Shown here: piece after piece, positions 14,042-24,827 of the stretch
Position numbering within the stretch: the stretch's first letter is position 1
Layout of the letters: every line of letters begins with the position of its first letter
From: Bugula neritina
Lineage: Eukaryota; Animalia; Bryozoa
Direction: 5' to 3'
NCBI GenBank assembly: GCA_964035545.1
Contig: OZ037773.1
Coordinates: forward strand, 3,439,751-3,503,750
Length of the DNA stretch: 64,000 bases
Notes under the pieces: model-generated
The model's input: only the letters and a program-made list of their open reading frames with translations
Databases searched by the model: none
What the model was told of the DNA's origin: nothing
Position numbers and translations under genes: made by a program

Positions 14042-14115
14042 GCCCCCACTGCATGGGATTCGAACCTGAGACTTCCGGTTTGCTAGCAGGCGCACTAATC
14101 ATTACACCACAGGAC
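14042..14115 (-). repeat. tRNA-derived repeat, same family as 13347
   Basis: Reverse strand reads gtcctgtggtgtaatgattagtgcgcctgctagc...caggttcgaatccc...gggggc. Confidence 0.55.
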
Positions 14116-15004
14116 TAATGGGTAAACTCAGCACTACACCCTCAGTTAGAGCTGTAGTATAAATGTGAGCTGCCTTATAATTCTAGTGTTATAGGTATAT
14201 ATTATGTAACGATTTTAAAGGGGTGAGTATTCAAAGTAACCAGACATTCAACATGGTTTGGGGTGTTCTGTATGAAGCAGCTTCAAGAGATACACAACAT
14301 GCATGTACAGCTTTAGCTCTCATCCAATCCTATCACCCCTCTGAGTTCAATGTAAAAATACATGAAAACAGAAAAACAGTACTGCGATATAATAATATTA
14401 CATAAAACAGTTCAAACTAATAACTATGGTGTTCATAAAATAGTTTATTTTAGTTGTTTATTATAATTATAATATTTGCCGATTCAATCCATAAAGTGAA
14501 CCAAAAACTTCTCAAGAGATACATTTCAAGAAGATGTACGTTATTATACATGTCACTTGTTTAAATTAGGTGAAATTAACTGATTGTTTCATAACTGGGG
14601 AGAAAGTCACCATTTTCTATTGCAAATTATCTCGATGTTGGATTTATAATATTATAAAGGCTGTGATTGGCTGTGATGCGGACGTTTTGTTAACCTCTAT
14701 TCAAGTTCGCTGAACCAATTAATGTTATTTATTAAGTCATGCGGCTCAACACACACATGTGACTCAACGCATGACTTTTCCGCAGTAAACATAACATCTT
14801 CGAAGCCCCTGCTTTTGACAGCCAGTGTCCAGTAGCGCCTCAGAGCTAAATGTGAAACTAGCAGGTTAGTAGATTATTCTATGCTTAGATTTGATTTGTA
14901 AGCTCAATTTGAATTGTTTGAATAATCAATCAATAAATCCTTTGAAATTGATTTATAATCATAATCATAATGTACTAACAGACAACAGTATAAGTATTAA
15001 CAAT

Positions 15005-15157
15005 AAGTGAATAACTATTACTATTAGTATTACTATTAGTATTACTATTAGTATTACTATTAGTATTACTATTAGTATTAGACTTCGTATTACTATTAGT
15101 ATTAGTATTGCTCTATTAGTATTAGTACTAGTTATAGACTAAGGCTATAGTAGTACT
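15005..15157. repeat. (TATTACTATTAG)-like AT-rich satellite, continuing at 19633-19740 beyond the LTR insertion
   Basis: Visible tandem repeats on both sides of the LTR element. Confidence 0.8.
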
Positions 15158-18100
15158 TGTTTTATGTTGATTTGTGATATTATTTCAGCTATCGTGAAAA
15201 GAGAGAACGTGCTCGAGTTAGTTGATAAACGTAAGAGGCCGAAGCCGTGATTTATTACCACAATATATATACAAGAAAATACTAAAACTATTACAATAAG
15301 TGAGACAATTAATTATTAAGATTATGACAAAAAATAGTAAAATAATAAAATAACAAATTACAAATAAATGTTTACATGAACACCGAACATCTCCCACAGA
15401 ATAGAAAAAAGCTATTTAGATATGATTGTTTTAAGAGGGCACATAGTCTGCCATCCAACTAGGTGGCTTCCGTTCTCTGGTTGAACGTCTTAGGTTGTCG
15501 CTATGATTGGCGCTCTCGGTGGTGTCAACCTGGGTACTACTAGCGTTTTGTTTAGGATCTTTTGGTGTCTCAGGACTCGCTGGCTCCGTGACGAGTGGTC
15601 TGATGTCTCGCCGGTTTCTCCGAAAGAGGTTGTTGTTAAGTTGTATGGCATAGGCTCTGCTACTCAATTGTCTGTTAATTTGCGCCTCCTGCCATTTTCT
15701 CCGGTGCTGACTCCAGTCTCGAACCAAAACTGGTTGCCCTTCTTTCAGCACTGCCAAATCTCTTGCACCGTCATTGCATCTCTGCTGCAGTTTTTCATTG
15801 CGGCCCTGCTTTTCCCACCAACCTTGGTTGTTCTCTGTTTCTGGCCGAACTTTCCGATAAGTTGCTGAATTGGGCTGGCCGTCAGGCCTTCTTTGGTGGT
15901 GTTGAGATGTTCCAGTAACGCAAGTTCGGGCTCTTCACATCTGCGGAGTATACGTTTGGCTATCTTCACAGCAGACTCTGCCTTCCCATTGGACTGAGAA
16001 TGATATGGAGAGCTGGTGGTGTGTGTGAAATTCCATGATTGGCTGAAAGTGGAAAACTGGTGCGAGGTAAACTGTGGTCCGTTGTCAGTGTGAACCTGTC
16101 TGGGTATTCCCAGGCGTCCAAAACAGCGCTTTATGGAGTTGATAACAGCCTCTGCTGTTTGGTTGTCCAGTCGGTCGTATTCAAGGTAGTCAGTCGTATA
16201 GTCAACAATAGTAATGTAGTGAGTGTGATTGTATTCAAACAAGTCAATTCCTACTTTGGTCCAGGGTTGTTGGGGAACTGTGTGGAGTAAAAGTGTTTCC
16301 TTCTGTTGCCGGGGAGCATCCAGTTGACATTGTCGACAGTTAGCAATATTGTTTTTGATGTCATTGGTGATGCCAAGCCAAAACACTGTGTGGCGGGCAC
16401 GTCTTAGTGTGGAGTTAATCCCATTATGGCCAGTGTGAAGTAGTTGGAGAAACTTTCTCTGGAGTGTCTTTGGAATAATGGCTCTTAGTCCTTTGTAAAC
16501 AATGCCATTGTCAATAGATAGTTCGTCCTGAAAGTGTTTGTACTTGTCATGAGTTGTGCAGTTGGCAATGTTCCAGTCATGTTTAATAAGGTTTGTCAGT
16601 GTCATAAGTTCATTGTCCTGTGCAGTAGCAGTCCTAATGTTGTCAATTAAGTCGTCACAAACAGGAGCATCATTATTTTGAGAGTCAATGTGAAAAATGT
16701 GTTCTGGTAGTTGTTGATAGTTGGGGGAGTCAAAGTATGAGTCTCTTGAGAGTAAGTCAGCCGTGATCTGTTCAGCACCCTTTTGCCAAGTTACCTTAAT
16801 GTTGGGGTATCTTTGTAAGTGAAGAAGCATAGCTTGCAACCTCCGAGATGCCTTATGAATGGATTTCCTGAAAATAGATACAAGGGGTTTGTGGTCAGTT
16901 TGGATAGTGACAGCATGGTGACCAAAGATATACTGGTCAAAGCGTTCAGTGCCAAACACTATGGCAAGGCACTCAAGCTCTAGTGGTACATAGTTCTGTT
17001 CCGATTTTGTTAAACTGCGAGATGCATATGCTACAGGCTTGCCTCCTTGCATGAGTGTTGCACCCACACCAGCATTTGAAGCGTCAGTTTGTATAGTTAC
17101 TGGCTTGTTGCAGTCAAAGTATTGTAGAGTTTCTGAGTCAGTTAGTAAGGTCTTCAGTCTATTAAAAGCGTTCATTTGGTCGTCAGTCCAGTGAAAGTCT
17201 TGAGCATTGTCTTGTGTCAGTAAACGTCGTAATGGTTCAGATTCCGATGCTAGGTTGCTAATAAATTTTGACATGTATGTGATGTGACCAAGGAACCGTT
17301 TTACTCCCTGTGGAGATGAGGGAGGTTTCATCTTAAGAATGGCTTTTACTTTGTTAGGATCTGGTTTAAGTCCATTAGTTGTCAGTATGTGTCCAATGTA
17401 AGGTAGTTCGTCCTGAAGGAAGCGGGATTTTTCCTTGTTCAGTCTCAGTCCTGTCTGTCGAGCACGTTTGAAGAGCGCTTCAAGGTTTCTATCATGCTCT
17501 TTCCTTGTGCTTCCGAAAATTAGGATGTCATCTGCAACTATGGTGATGCCATCAAGACCAGCAAGATTTTCCGTGAGCCTTCTCTGAAACTCCTCCGGCG
17601 CTGATGCAATTCCGAAGGGTAGCCTTAGGTACTTGTACTTTCCTATGGGAGTCCAGAAAGTTGTCAAGTCTGTAGATTCCTCAGCTAGGGGAATTTGATA
17701 GAAACCTTCTTTGGCGTCACACAAGGAGAAAAACTTGGCACCGTTGAGTTGTGGCAAAACATCTTCCAATGTTGGCATGACAGCGTGGTTTCGTTTAATT
17801 GCTTGATTGAGATTTTGCGGATCTATGCAGATGCGTATCTTTCCATTAGGCTTGCGCACTGGTTGTAGATGGCTTATCCAGTCTGTAGGTGCTTCTACCT
17901 TAGTGATAATTTGACGTTGTTCTAGTTCAAGAATAGTCTTGATGAGATCTGATTTCATCGACAAGGGCACCTTCCGCGGTCGGACTTGCACTGGTACAGC
18001 TTCAGGTCTTAGCTCTATCCTATATTCCTGTTCAAACTTTCCAAGTCCGGTAAATATGTCATCAAAGTTAGTCAGTAAAGTCTGAAGGTCTGGGTCAGTA

Positions 18101-19632
18101 GTGGCAAAGTTTACATTCTCGCTTTTGGTGCTGGGCATTTGTAATAAATCCAGGTGCAAACATGATTTCCATGACAGCAAGCTATGTTGGGTGGTTTCCA
18201 CAACTAGGAATTTTAATGTAGTGTAACATCCTTGCTTGTTTAGTATCTGTATCCGTGTCCACCCTAGTGGTGCACACTTGCTCTGGTCATATAAAGTTAG
18301 TACAGTATCAGTCGGTGTAAGTTTCGGTCTACCTAGCTTGTCGTAGTCGATCGTATTCAAAGTATTGCATGATGCACCAGTGTCAAGTTGGAATTCAATG
18401 TCATAAATAGTATCTGCTTGCTTAGCAGTGAGCATCGCTAATAATTTACGATCTCGTACAGTAGTGGAGATAGTACTTACATGTTGAGAGTCACTGTCTG
18501 AAGAGTAATTCCAGGTGACTTGATTGGCTGTTTCGGTTGAGTCGCGATAATGATGCATGCGTGACCTGCAGTATGCAGCAAAGTGGTTAAATTTCTTGCA
18601 ATGATTGCACTGTTTCCCATATGCTGGGCATGCTCGAGGTGGGTGATTGCCTCCACAGTTTCCACACCTAGAAGCACCAACTGATCTTCTGACGTTGGGC
18701 TGAGAGTGAGTATGTGAAAGTTGTCCTCTGTGTTTATCAGTGTTACGAGTGTCATTAGAGTGATATTGATGAGTCGGAGGTCTATGTTTTACCAAGTTCA
18801 CTTGTTCGAGTCCATATGTGTTATCCTTAGTCATAGTCTTGTAGTCAATAGCCGATGCTTCTTCTCGTCTGCAGAGTTCAATTGCTTTGTCAAAGTCAGT
18901 CAAGTCAAACAGTTTCTTTCTAATCTTGTCACTTTCAATTCCCAGTATCAGTGCTTGTAGTATCAGTCGGTTGTACATGTCTCTTAAGTCACATAGTCCT
19001 GCAATGGTATGTAGTTCAGTCAAAAATTCGTCAATAGTTCTATTTCCTTGCTTACAAGTCAGTAGTGAGTGAGTCTTAGCCACTAAGTTTATTCTTGGTT
19101 TGCAGTAGTCATCAAACTGCGTCACAACTTTGTCATAGTCAGTTTTGTCATTGTTGTCAGTCCAGTTGAAAGAGTCGTATATTTGGTTGCCTCGGCGACC
19201 GATAGTTCTAAGTAGGTATGCAGTTTTCACTTTGCCTTCGGCTGTATCTTTCGATGTGGCAGTTAAAAAAAGTTCGAAGTCACGTTTAAAAATCTTCCAT
19301 TCCTCAGGTAAATTCGGTCCATCTGCTAATGGTTTTGGCGCTAGTAATTGCTCCATGTTATTTCAGTGTAATATTAATAATAATTAGACTCGGGGCACCA
19401 TGTTTTATGTTGATTTGTGATATTATTTCAGCTATCGTGAAAAGAGAGAACGTGCTCGAGTTAGTTGATAAACGTAAGAGGCCGAAGCCGTGATTTATTA
19501 CCACAATATATATACAAGAAAATACTAAAACTATTACAATAAGTGAGACAATTAATTATTAAGATTATGACAAAAAATAGTAAAATAATAAAATAACAAA
19601 TTACAAATAAATGTTTACATGAACACCGAACA
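15158..19632 (-). mobile_element. Ty3/Gypsy LTR retrotransposon 1, near full length
   Basis: 232-bp TG...CA LTRs at 15158-15389 and 19401-19632, identical by eye. TSD is GTACT (5 bp). PBS TGGTGCCCCG matches the 3' end of elongator tRNA-Met (...CGGGGCACCA). A purine-rich tract (gtgggaga) precedes the 3' LTR. Confidence 0.97.
15745..19356 (-). CDS. Gag-Pol polyprotein (gag with Zn knuckles, protease, RT, RNase H, integrase)
   Basis: Motifs CGNCGGNH..C and CNHCKKFNH..C, LDTGASC, VADD, TDAS, HTGH..CRQC, IDLF/TDNGPQF/GKAE. The integrase C-terminal tail is shifted into ORF 15431-15757. Confidence 0.95.
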   Translation of the reverse strand: MEQLLAPKPLADGPNLPEEWKIFKRDFELFLTATSKDTAEGKVKTAYLLRTIGRRGNQIYDSFNWTDNNDKTDYDKVVTQFDDYCKPRINLVAKTHSLLTCKQGNRTIDEFLTELHTIAGLCDLRDMYNRLILQALILGIESDKIRKKLFDLTDFDKAIELCRREEASAIDYKTMTKDNTYGLEQVNLVKHRPPTHQYHSNDTRNTDKHRGQLSHTHSQPNVRRSVGASRCGNCGGNHPPRACPAYGKQCNHCKKFNHFAAYCRSRMHHYRDSTETANQVTWNYSSDSDSQHVSTISTTVRDRKLLAMLTAKQADTIYDIEFQLDTGASCNTLNTIDYDKLGRPKLTPTDTVLTLYDQSKCAPLGWTRIQILNKQGCYTTLKFLVVETTQHSLLSWKSCLHLDLLQMPSTKSENVNFATTDPDLQTLLTNFDDIFTGLGKFEQEYRIELRPEAVPVQVRPRKVPLSMKSDLIKTILELEQRQIITKVEAPTDWISHLQPVRKPNGKIRICIDPQNLNQAIKRNHAVMPTLEDVLPQLNGAKFFSLCDAKEGFYQIPLAEESTDLTTFWTPIGKYKYLRLPFGIASAPEEFQRRLTENLAGLDGITIVADDILIFGSTRKEHDRNLEALFKRARQTGLRLNKEKSRFLQDELPYIGHILTTNGLKPDPNKVKAILKMKPPSSPQGVKRFLGHITYMSKFISNLASESEPLRRLLTQDNAQDFHWTDDQMNAFNRLKTLLTDSETLQYFDCNKPVTIQTDASNAGVGATLMQGGKPVAYASRSLTKSEQNYVPLELECLAIVFGTERFDQYIFGHHAVTIQTDHKPLVSIFRKSIHKASRRLQAMLLHLQRYPNIKVTWQKGAEQITADLLSRDSYFDSPNYQQLPEHIFHIDSQNNDAPVCDDLIDNIRTATAQDNELMTLTNLIKHDWNIANCTTHDKYKHFQDELSIDNGIVYKGLRAIIPKTLQRKFLQLLHTGHNGINSTLRRARHTVFWLGITNDIKNNIANCRQCQLDAPRQQKETLLLHTVPQQPWTKVGIDLFEYNHTHYITIVDYTTDYLEYDRLDNQTAEAVINSIKRCFGRLGIPRQVHTDNGPQFTSHQFSTFSQSWNFTHTTSSPYHSQSNGKAESAVKIAKRILRRCEEPELALLEHLNTTKEGLTASPIQQLIGKFGQKQRTTKVGGKSRAAMKNCSRDAMTVQEIWQC

Positions 19633-20033
19633 GTACTAGTACAGTAGTACGAGTAATAGTAATACTAATACTAATAGTAATACTAATAGTACTAATACTA
19701 ATACTAATAGTAATTCTAATAGTGATACTAATAGATTATAGACAATAGACATGTATAGTTACTAGTAATAATAATAATTATATTTCATAATATTAATTAT
19801 TATTATTAATTATTTAATATAGCATGAAAGTTGAAACTAATTGAAAAAGCAGATAATAATTATATAATTAGTACTACTAAATCTAATACTTGTAATTTAT
19901 TAGATTAGTGAACCTTTCAGATTCTATCACTATAGAACTGGGTGCTTATAGTTATATTTATTTCTCATTTATCAAATGATTAAAATATTGACTGAATTTT
20001 GTTTAGAATTCTTTAACTCAAATCAAATTCGGA

Positions 20034-23000
20034 ATGGCAGATTCTAAAATAGTGAAAAAAAGGCTCAACAACTCCTATAGATGTGGCTACTGCCTACACT
20101 ATTTTAATGAACTGGGAGATCCCAGAACTCTGCCCTGCTTGCACGTCTACTGTATGAAGTGTCTCAAAACAGACATTGGCTACAAAAAGACTCACATTGA
20201 GTGCGCGTACTGCAGGTGAGTTGTACCAAGTTAGTGACCAACGGATATGATATCTTTTTGTGTGAGTGCATATTAGTTTTATTTTCTACCACTCATAGTG
20301 ACTTGTGTATCTTAAAAATGTTACTGGTTACTAGCTATTTGATCATCAGGAAAATGTCTGATTATGAAAGTTAAAGGTTACTGACTAACTAATACTATAT
20401 TTTAGGAAAAAATACTATGACATCACCGATCCTACTACTTTACCTGAAGCTAGGTTTGGTGATCCTTTGGAATATGAAGCTCTGCCCAAACCTGTAGGCA
20501 TTCCCTGTGATGTGTGTGAAGATGGAACAGGTGCTGTAGTGTTCTGTGTGGAGAGTGAGAAGAAGTTGTGTGAACAGCATCAGCAGGTGAGTTATGTGTT
20601 GACTGTAACCACTAGTCAGGGACATACTGATCAGTTATACTGAAGAATTCCGCTGTAGTATTAGGGAAAACATGTTGTGGCTGTATTTTTTTAGTGTATA
20701 ATACAGTCTTCTATGCTGCTGTTCTTACAATATATTATATATTCATGATCTAATATCGGTAATAAAATTAACTGTATTTTATAAGGAAGCATCAGTCAAT
20801 ATTCTCGTGTAGGGAGCAGCCGTGGTCTAGGGGCTAGAGCTTTTACCTAGTAAGCACAAAGTAATTGGTTCGAGCCCGACAAAGGCCATTGGTGACGTTA
20901 GGAAGAGCATCCAGTTTTAAATGCTCCTATGCTTCATCTAAATAAGTCCTTAGCCTGATTTAACAAAAAAAAACTTATATCAGGGGTTTTATCACAGGGT
21001 TATTGACTATAAACTTGAGTGAGTGAGTGAGTGAGTGAGTGAGTGAGTGAGTGAGTGAGTGAGTGAGTGAGTGAGTGAGTGAGTGAGTGAGTGAGTGAGT
21101 GAGTGAGTGAGTGAGTGAGTGAGTGAGTGAGTGAGTGAGTGAGTGAGTGAGTGAGTGAGTGAGTGAGTGAGTGAGTGAGTGAGTGAGTGAGTGAGTGAGT
21201 GAGTGAGTGAGTGAGTGAGTGAGTGAGTGAGTGAGTGAGTGAGTGAGTGAGTGAGTGAGTGAGTGAGTGAGTGAGTGAGTGAGTGAGTGGGTGAGTGAGT
21301 CAATATTTTCATGTGAATAACAACTCATTCTTATCCTACTAGCTGTGATTCAACTGTATTTCCTGTTGTCAGAACCATGACACACACATGAAGATCTACA
21401 GCAACATCACACATCACTTTATTCCAATTGACCTCTACACATCATTTCCACAGCGTTACTCCAGTATGAAATGCGAACATCATGAACAACATCAGCTGAT
21501 GGAGGCGTGTACCAAGTGTCACCAGAGATTCTGTATTCGGTGTGACTCTAAGAGTGGATGTAGCAAAGCAACAGGTAATTTCATTCTTTTATTTTCAGAA
21601 TTTTTTCATTTTGTAGAAGCTCTATTTAGTCTTGGAAAACACAATTATTTATACTGAGAATAGCCTGTATTCAGGTCTGGTCACAGAATAGAGCTTAGTC
21701 TAAAATAGCTGATGCAATGTATTTCTTGAGATAAACTGGTGAGTGTTATTTCAAAAGGAAAAGCAGCTTCTCACAACGTGACATCGATGGGCGATTTATC
21801 CCGTGAACTAAGAGACAAGCTGACTGAAGAAATGAAGATTCTGTCTGAGAAGATTTCAGAGTTGAATGACATATCAAAGGATGCCTGGAGACAGCTCAGT
21901 AAAATAGAAGATGATGTGAAGAAGATGTTTGCCAGAGTATATGCTACAGCTAATGCAAAGGTTGGCAGACATGTTTGTAAATAATATAGAGAACTATTAT
22001 GTAAATTCACAGCATGATTTACTCTATAAAACTGTAGTGACTGAAACTTTACTCACAGAACTTTGAAAGTTTTATATTCACTCTGCATGGTCTGTACAGT
22101 CGCTAAAGTAAAGCTGTGTAGTTTTTTTGCTGTTTGAATAGAACTTTCTGAAACTTTGCAGTAATATGTATGAAATTACGTGTTTACTATGCATATCAGT
22201 TAGACTACGGTCCCTATGCTATGTGATTAATATCTAATGTTAGGCTGCACATTCTTGTTGTTTATCCAAATTAATTGTGCAGTACGATATTTTATTTGTA
22301 CTCAGAAATCAGCAGCCGTTAACCCACACCATCTTGTGTGCAAGTAGCAGTAGCCATTCATCACGTGTCAGTTTGTGCAGGAGAACCTGTCAATACAGGC
22401 AACACACTCATCCTTCTGCAACTGTCAATTACTCAACCAGGGAGGTTAGCTGTGTTAGTGATTGACAGGTTGCAGAAAGTGACTCGTCACGTGGTGTGTC
22501 ACATGACTGAGTGCCTACTCAGTCATGCACTGTCACTGTAGAGGTTGTGAGTGCCAATGTGGTTATAATGTGTTACTATTTATTAGATAGAGGAGATTAG
22601 AAAGAGTGCTGAGGAACTGAAGGATGAATTATCGGAATATTTGAGAAGCAGCACAGAGATGGTGGTTAATTTTAGATATGACCTGGCAGTGAAACATGGT
22701 GTTGATAAGTTGTCTCTGGTGGACGGAGTACAACATGCAGTTGATAAGTTCAATGATGCAGAGATTGTGAGAGACTACAAAGAGATGAGTGAGAAGATGG
22801 AAAAGGTGTTAAATATCAGAATGATAGAGAAATGCTCCGTTCCCTGCAAATTCTGGGCACCTGCAGGTATGTAGCATTGATAGACAGATTCCTTAACCAC
22901 AAATTTATTCAGAATGTCATAAGAATTTATTCACAACTTTTCACTTGAAACTTTTATTGATATATACAGCAATTTTTATTATATTTGTAGCAACTGTGGG

Positions 23001-24423
23001 CCTCATTTTCTTATAATTATATCATTTAAGTTATTCTTTTATTTAGCAAAAGTTCTCGTAAAAATCTGAGGCATATATTTTATTTTGAGTGTGTGTCGGC
23101 TCTGCTACACGTTTTCTTTATTTGTATTTGAAAAGCTGTTCTCCACCTCCTCGGGAGATGAGATTCTCAAATTAGAGAATGTTATTTTGTTGTTGCAGAC
23201 AGTGAAGACTGTCTGGGACTAAAGCTAGTGAACGTTGGTACAGCACCAGCTTCTCTACAGTTTGATGGACTTGTTGTACATGGCTCGCATTACATAGTAA
23301 ATGTCACAGCTGATGAGGCTCTGATGTGTCGAACTGTGGAAGGTATAGAAGTAAGAAATAGACACACTCTGGATACCATCAGCTCAGTGAGGAACACCAA
23401 CGCTACAGAGTGGGAAAAGATCATTTATTCTGGAGGGGTGGTGGTTGGCAGTTGTTATAATAAGAAAGAAAAAACAGCTGAAGTCACACTTCTTGATCCG
23501 AACTCTTTAAATAAGTCTCGCTCTCTGTATAAACAGTCAGTAGGCGCACCGACCATCTATAGTTTAGCCCAGCAACTGTCTCTAGTCTACATTCTAGACT
23601 GGAGAAAGAAACAGCTGCTAGTTTATAATCTGATAGATGATAAAATACAGATGTTCCCAGTTCCTAGGATAAAGAACCCTCATTCTGTGTGCATCCTCCC
23701 AGACTCAACTCTACTCATAAAAGACTTCACTGCAGATGGTGGAGTGAGTAGATATAAATTGGAGAATACAACTCTAACTCTAATGTGGGAGTTTCCCCAC
23801 ATCTCACAGCCAACTGGTATTTCCTTTGATCCAACATCAGAACTGATTCACATTTGTACACTGCGTGGGCCTCTCCTCATTCTCTCGCTTGAAGGTAACT
23901 AAATAATGTGCCTGTTATAGTTAGTTGAGTAGCTTTAATAAAATATGGTGAAAATTAGTTTTTAATAGTTATCTGTCAACAACTTCCACTCATAGGCTAT
24001 ATTATGATATTGTTGAATTGTTTTATAAGCAGCTCCGAGTTGGTGGTGAATGAGTGCAGTAGTTTGGGTGGTCTCGAGTTTGAAGTTATGTCCCCAACTC
24101 CAAACGTCCCGAACTACTGCACTCATTCACCACCAACTCGGAGCTGCTTATATAACCATTCAATATTGTTAGCAAGTACTTGGCTCTGAGGCTAGTTTAT
24201 AATAATTAGTATTTCATGGAAATGTTTTCCAGTAATTTTAGAAGTGCCCAGTTCAACAACTGTACAGTCTTGTGTTATTTTATTTACAGGTAAACTGTTG
24301 AAAACAATTACCAGAGAAAGTTTTAGGGTGAGGAGTTATGTGTATGACATTGCTGTGTACAACGGAGGCAAAATGTTTCTAGCATGTAGAGATGGACTAA
24401 GAAGATACACATTAAAATACTAA
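20034..24423 (+). CDS. TRIM-like protein: RING, two B-boxes, coiled coil and C-terminal NHL-like beta-propeller
   Basis: Exons 20034-20215 (C3HC4 RING), 20406-20586 (B-box1 CDVC...), 21373-21574 (B-box2 CEHH..CTKC..CIRC), 21758-21960 and 22587-22867 (coiled coil), 23199-23894 (NPHSVC, QPTGISFD) and 24290-24423. Phases are consistent. Confidence 0.88.
20812..20915 (+). repeat. tRNA-derived SINE fragment (intronic)
   Basis: gcagccgtggtctagggg (A-box) and ggttcgagccc (B-box), followed by cattggtgacgttaggaagagcatccag. Confidence 0.55.
21016..21300. repeat. (GAGT)n microsatellite in a TRIM intron
   Basis: About 70 near-perfect units. Confidence 0.99.
24015..24161. mobile_element. Hairpin MITE, Mutator-like (same family as 49158)
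   Basis: Long inverted arms (tataagcagctccgagttggtggtgaatgagtgcagtagt) and flanking 9-mers gatattgtt / aatattgtt. Confidence 0.8.
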
Positions 24424-24827
24424 ACATCTCAGCTACAGTTCACTTATATATGTCATGGTATAACTACTTCACATTATTGGTATTTTTAAATTTTATTGTA
24501 TATAGACTCAATGGCAAACAAAGTCATAAGATAATTTTAAAGTTATAGCGGCCATTAATTTCTTAATCAATATTCCAACATAAACTATACGTCCTTGTTT
24601 TAAATGATTTAGTTGTTTTACCATATCAGTTTAGGACTAGAGTCAAATTTTTAGACAAAAATAAATAGCCAATTTATTATGCTATATTAACACAGTTTAA
24701 ATTTTAAAACAATTGTAACAAATCGGATGTCTGTATTAAAAATAAATAAATATATGTATATATTAAAACTATGCACATATATGGCTGTTTTTTAATCATA
24801 AAAACAATGGATAAATCATGTGTATTT

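Noticed and set aside
20975-21328. ORFs with (SLTH)n repeats
   Set aside because: These are translations of the (GAGT)n intronic microsatellite.
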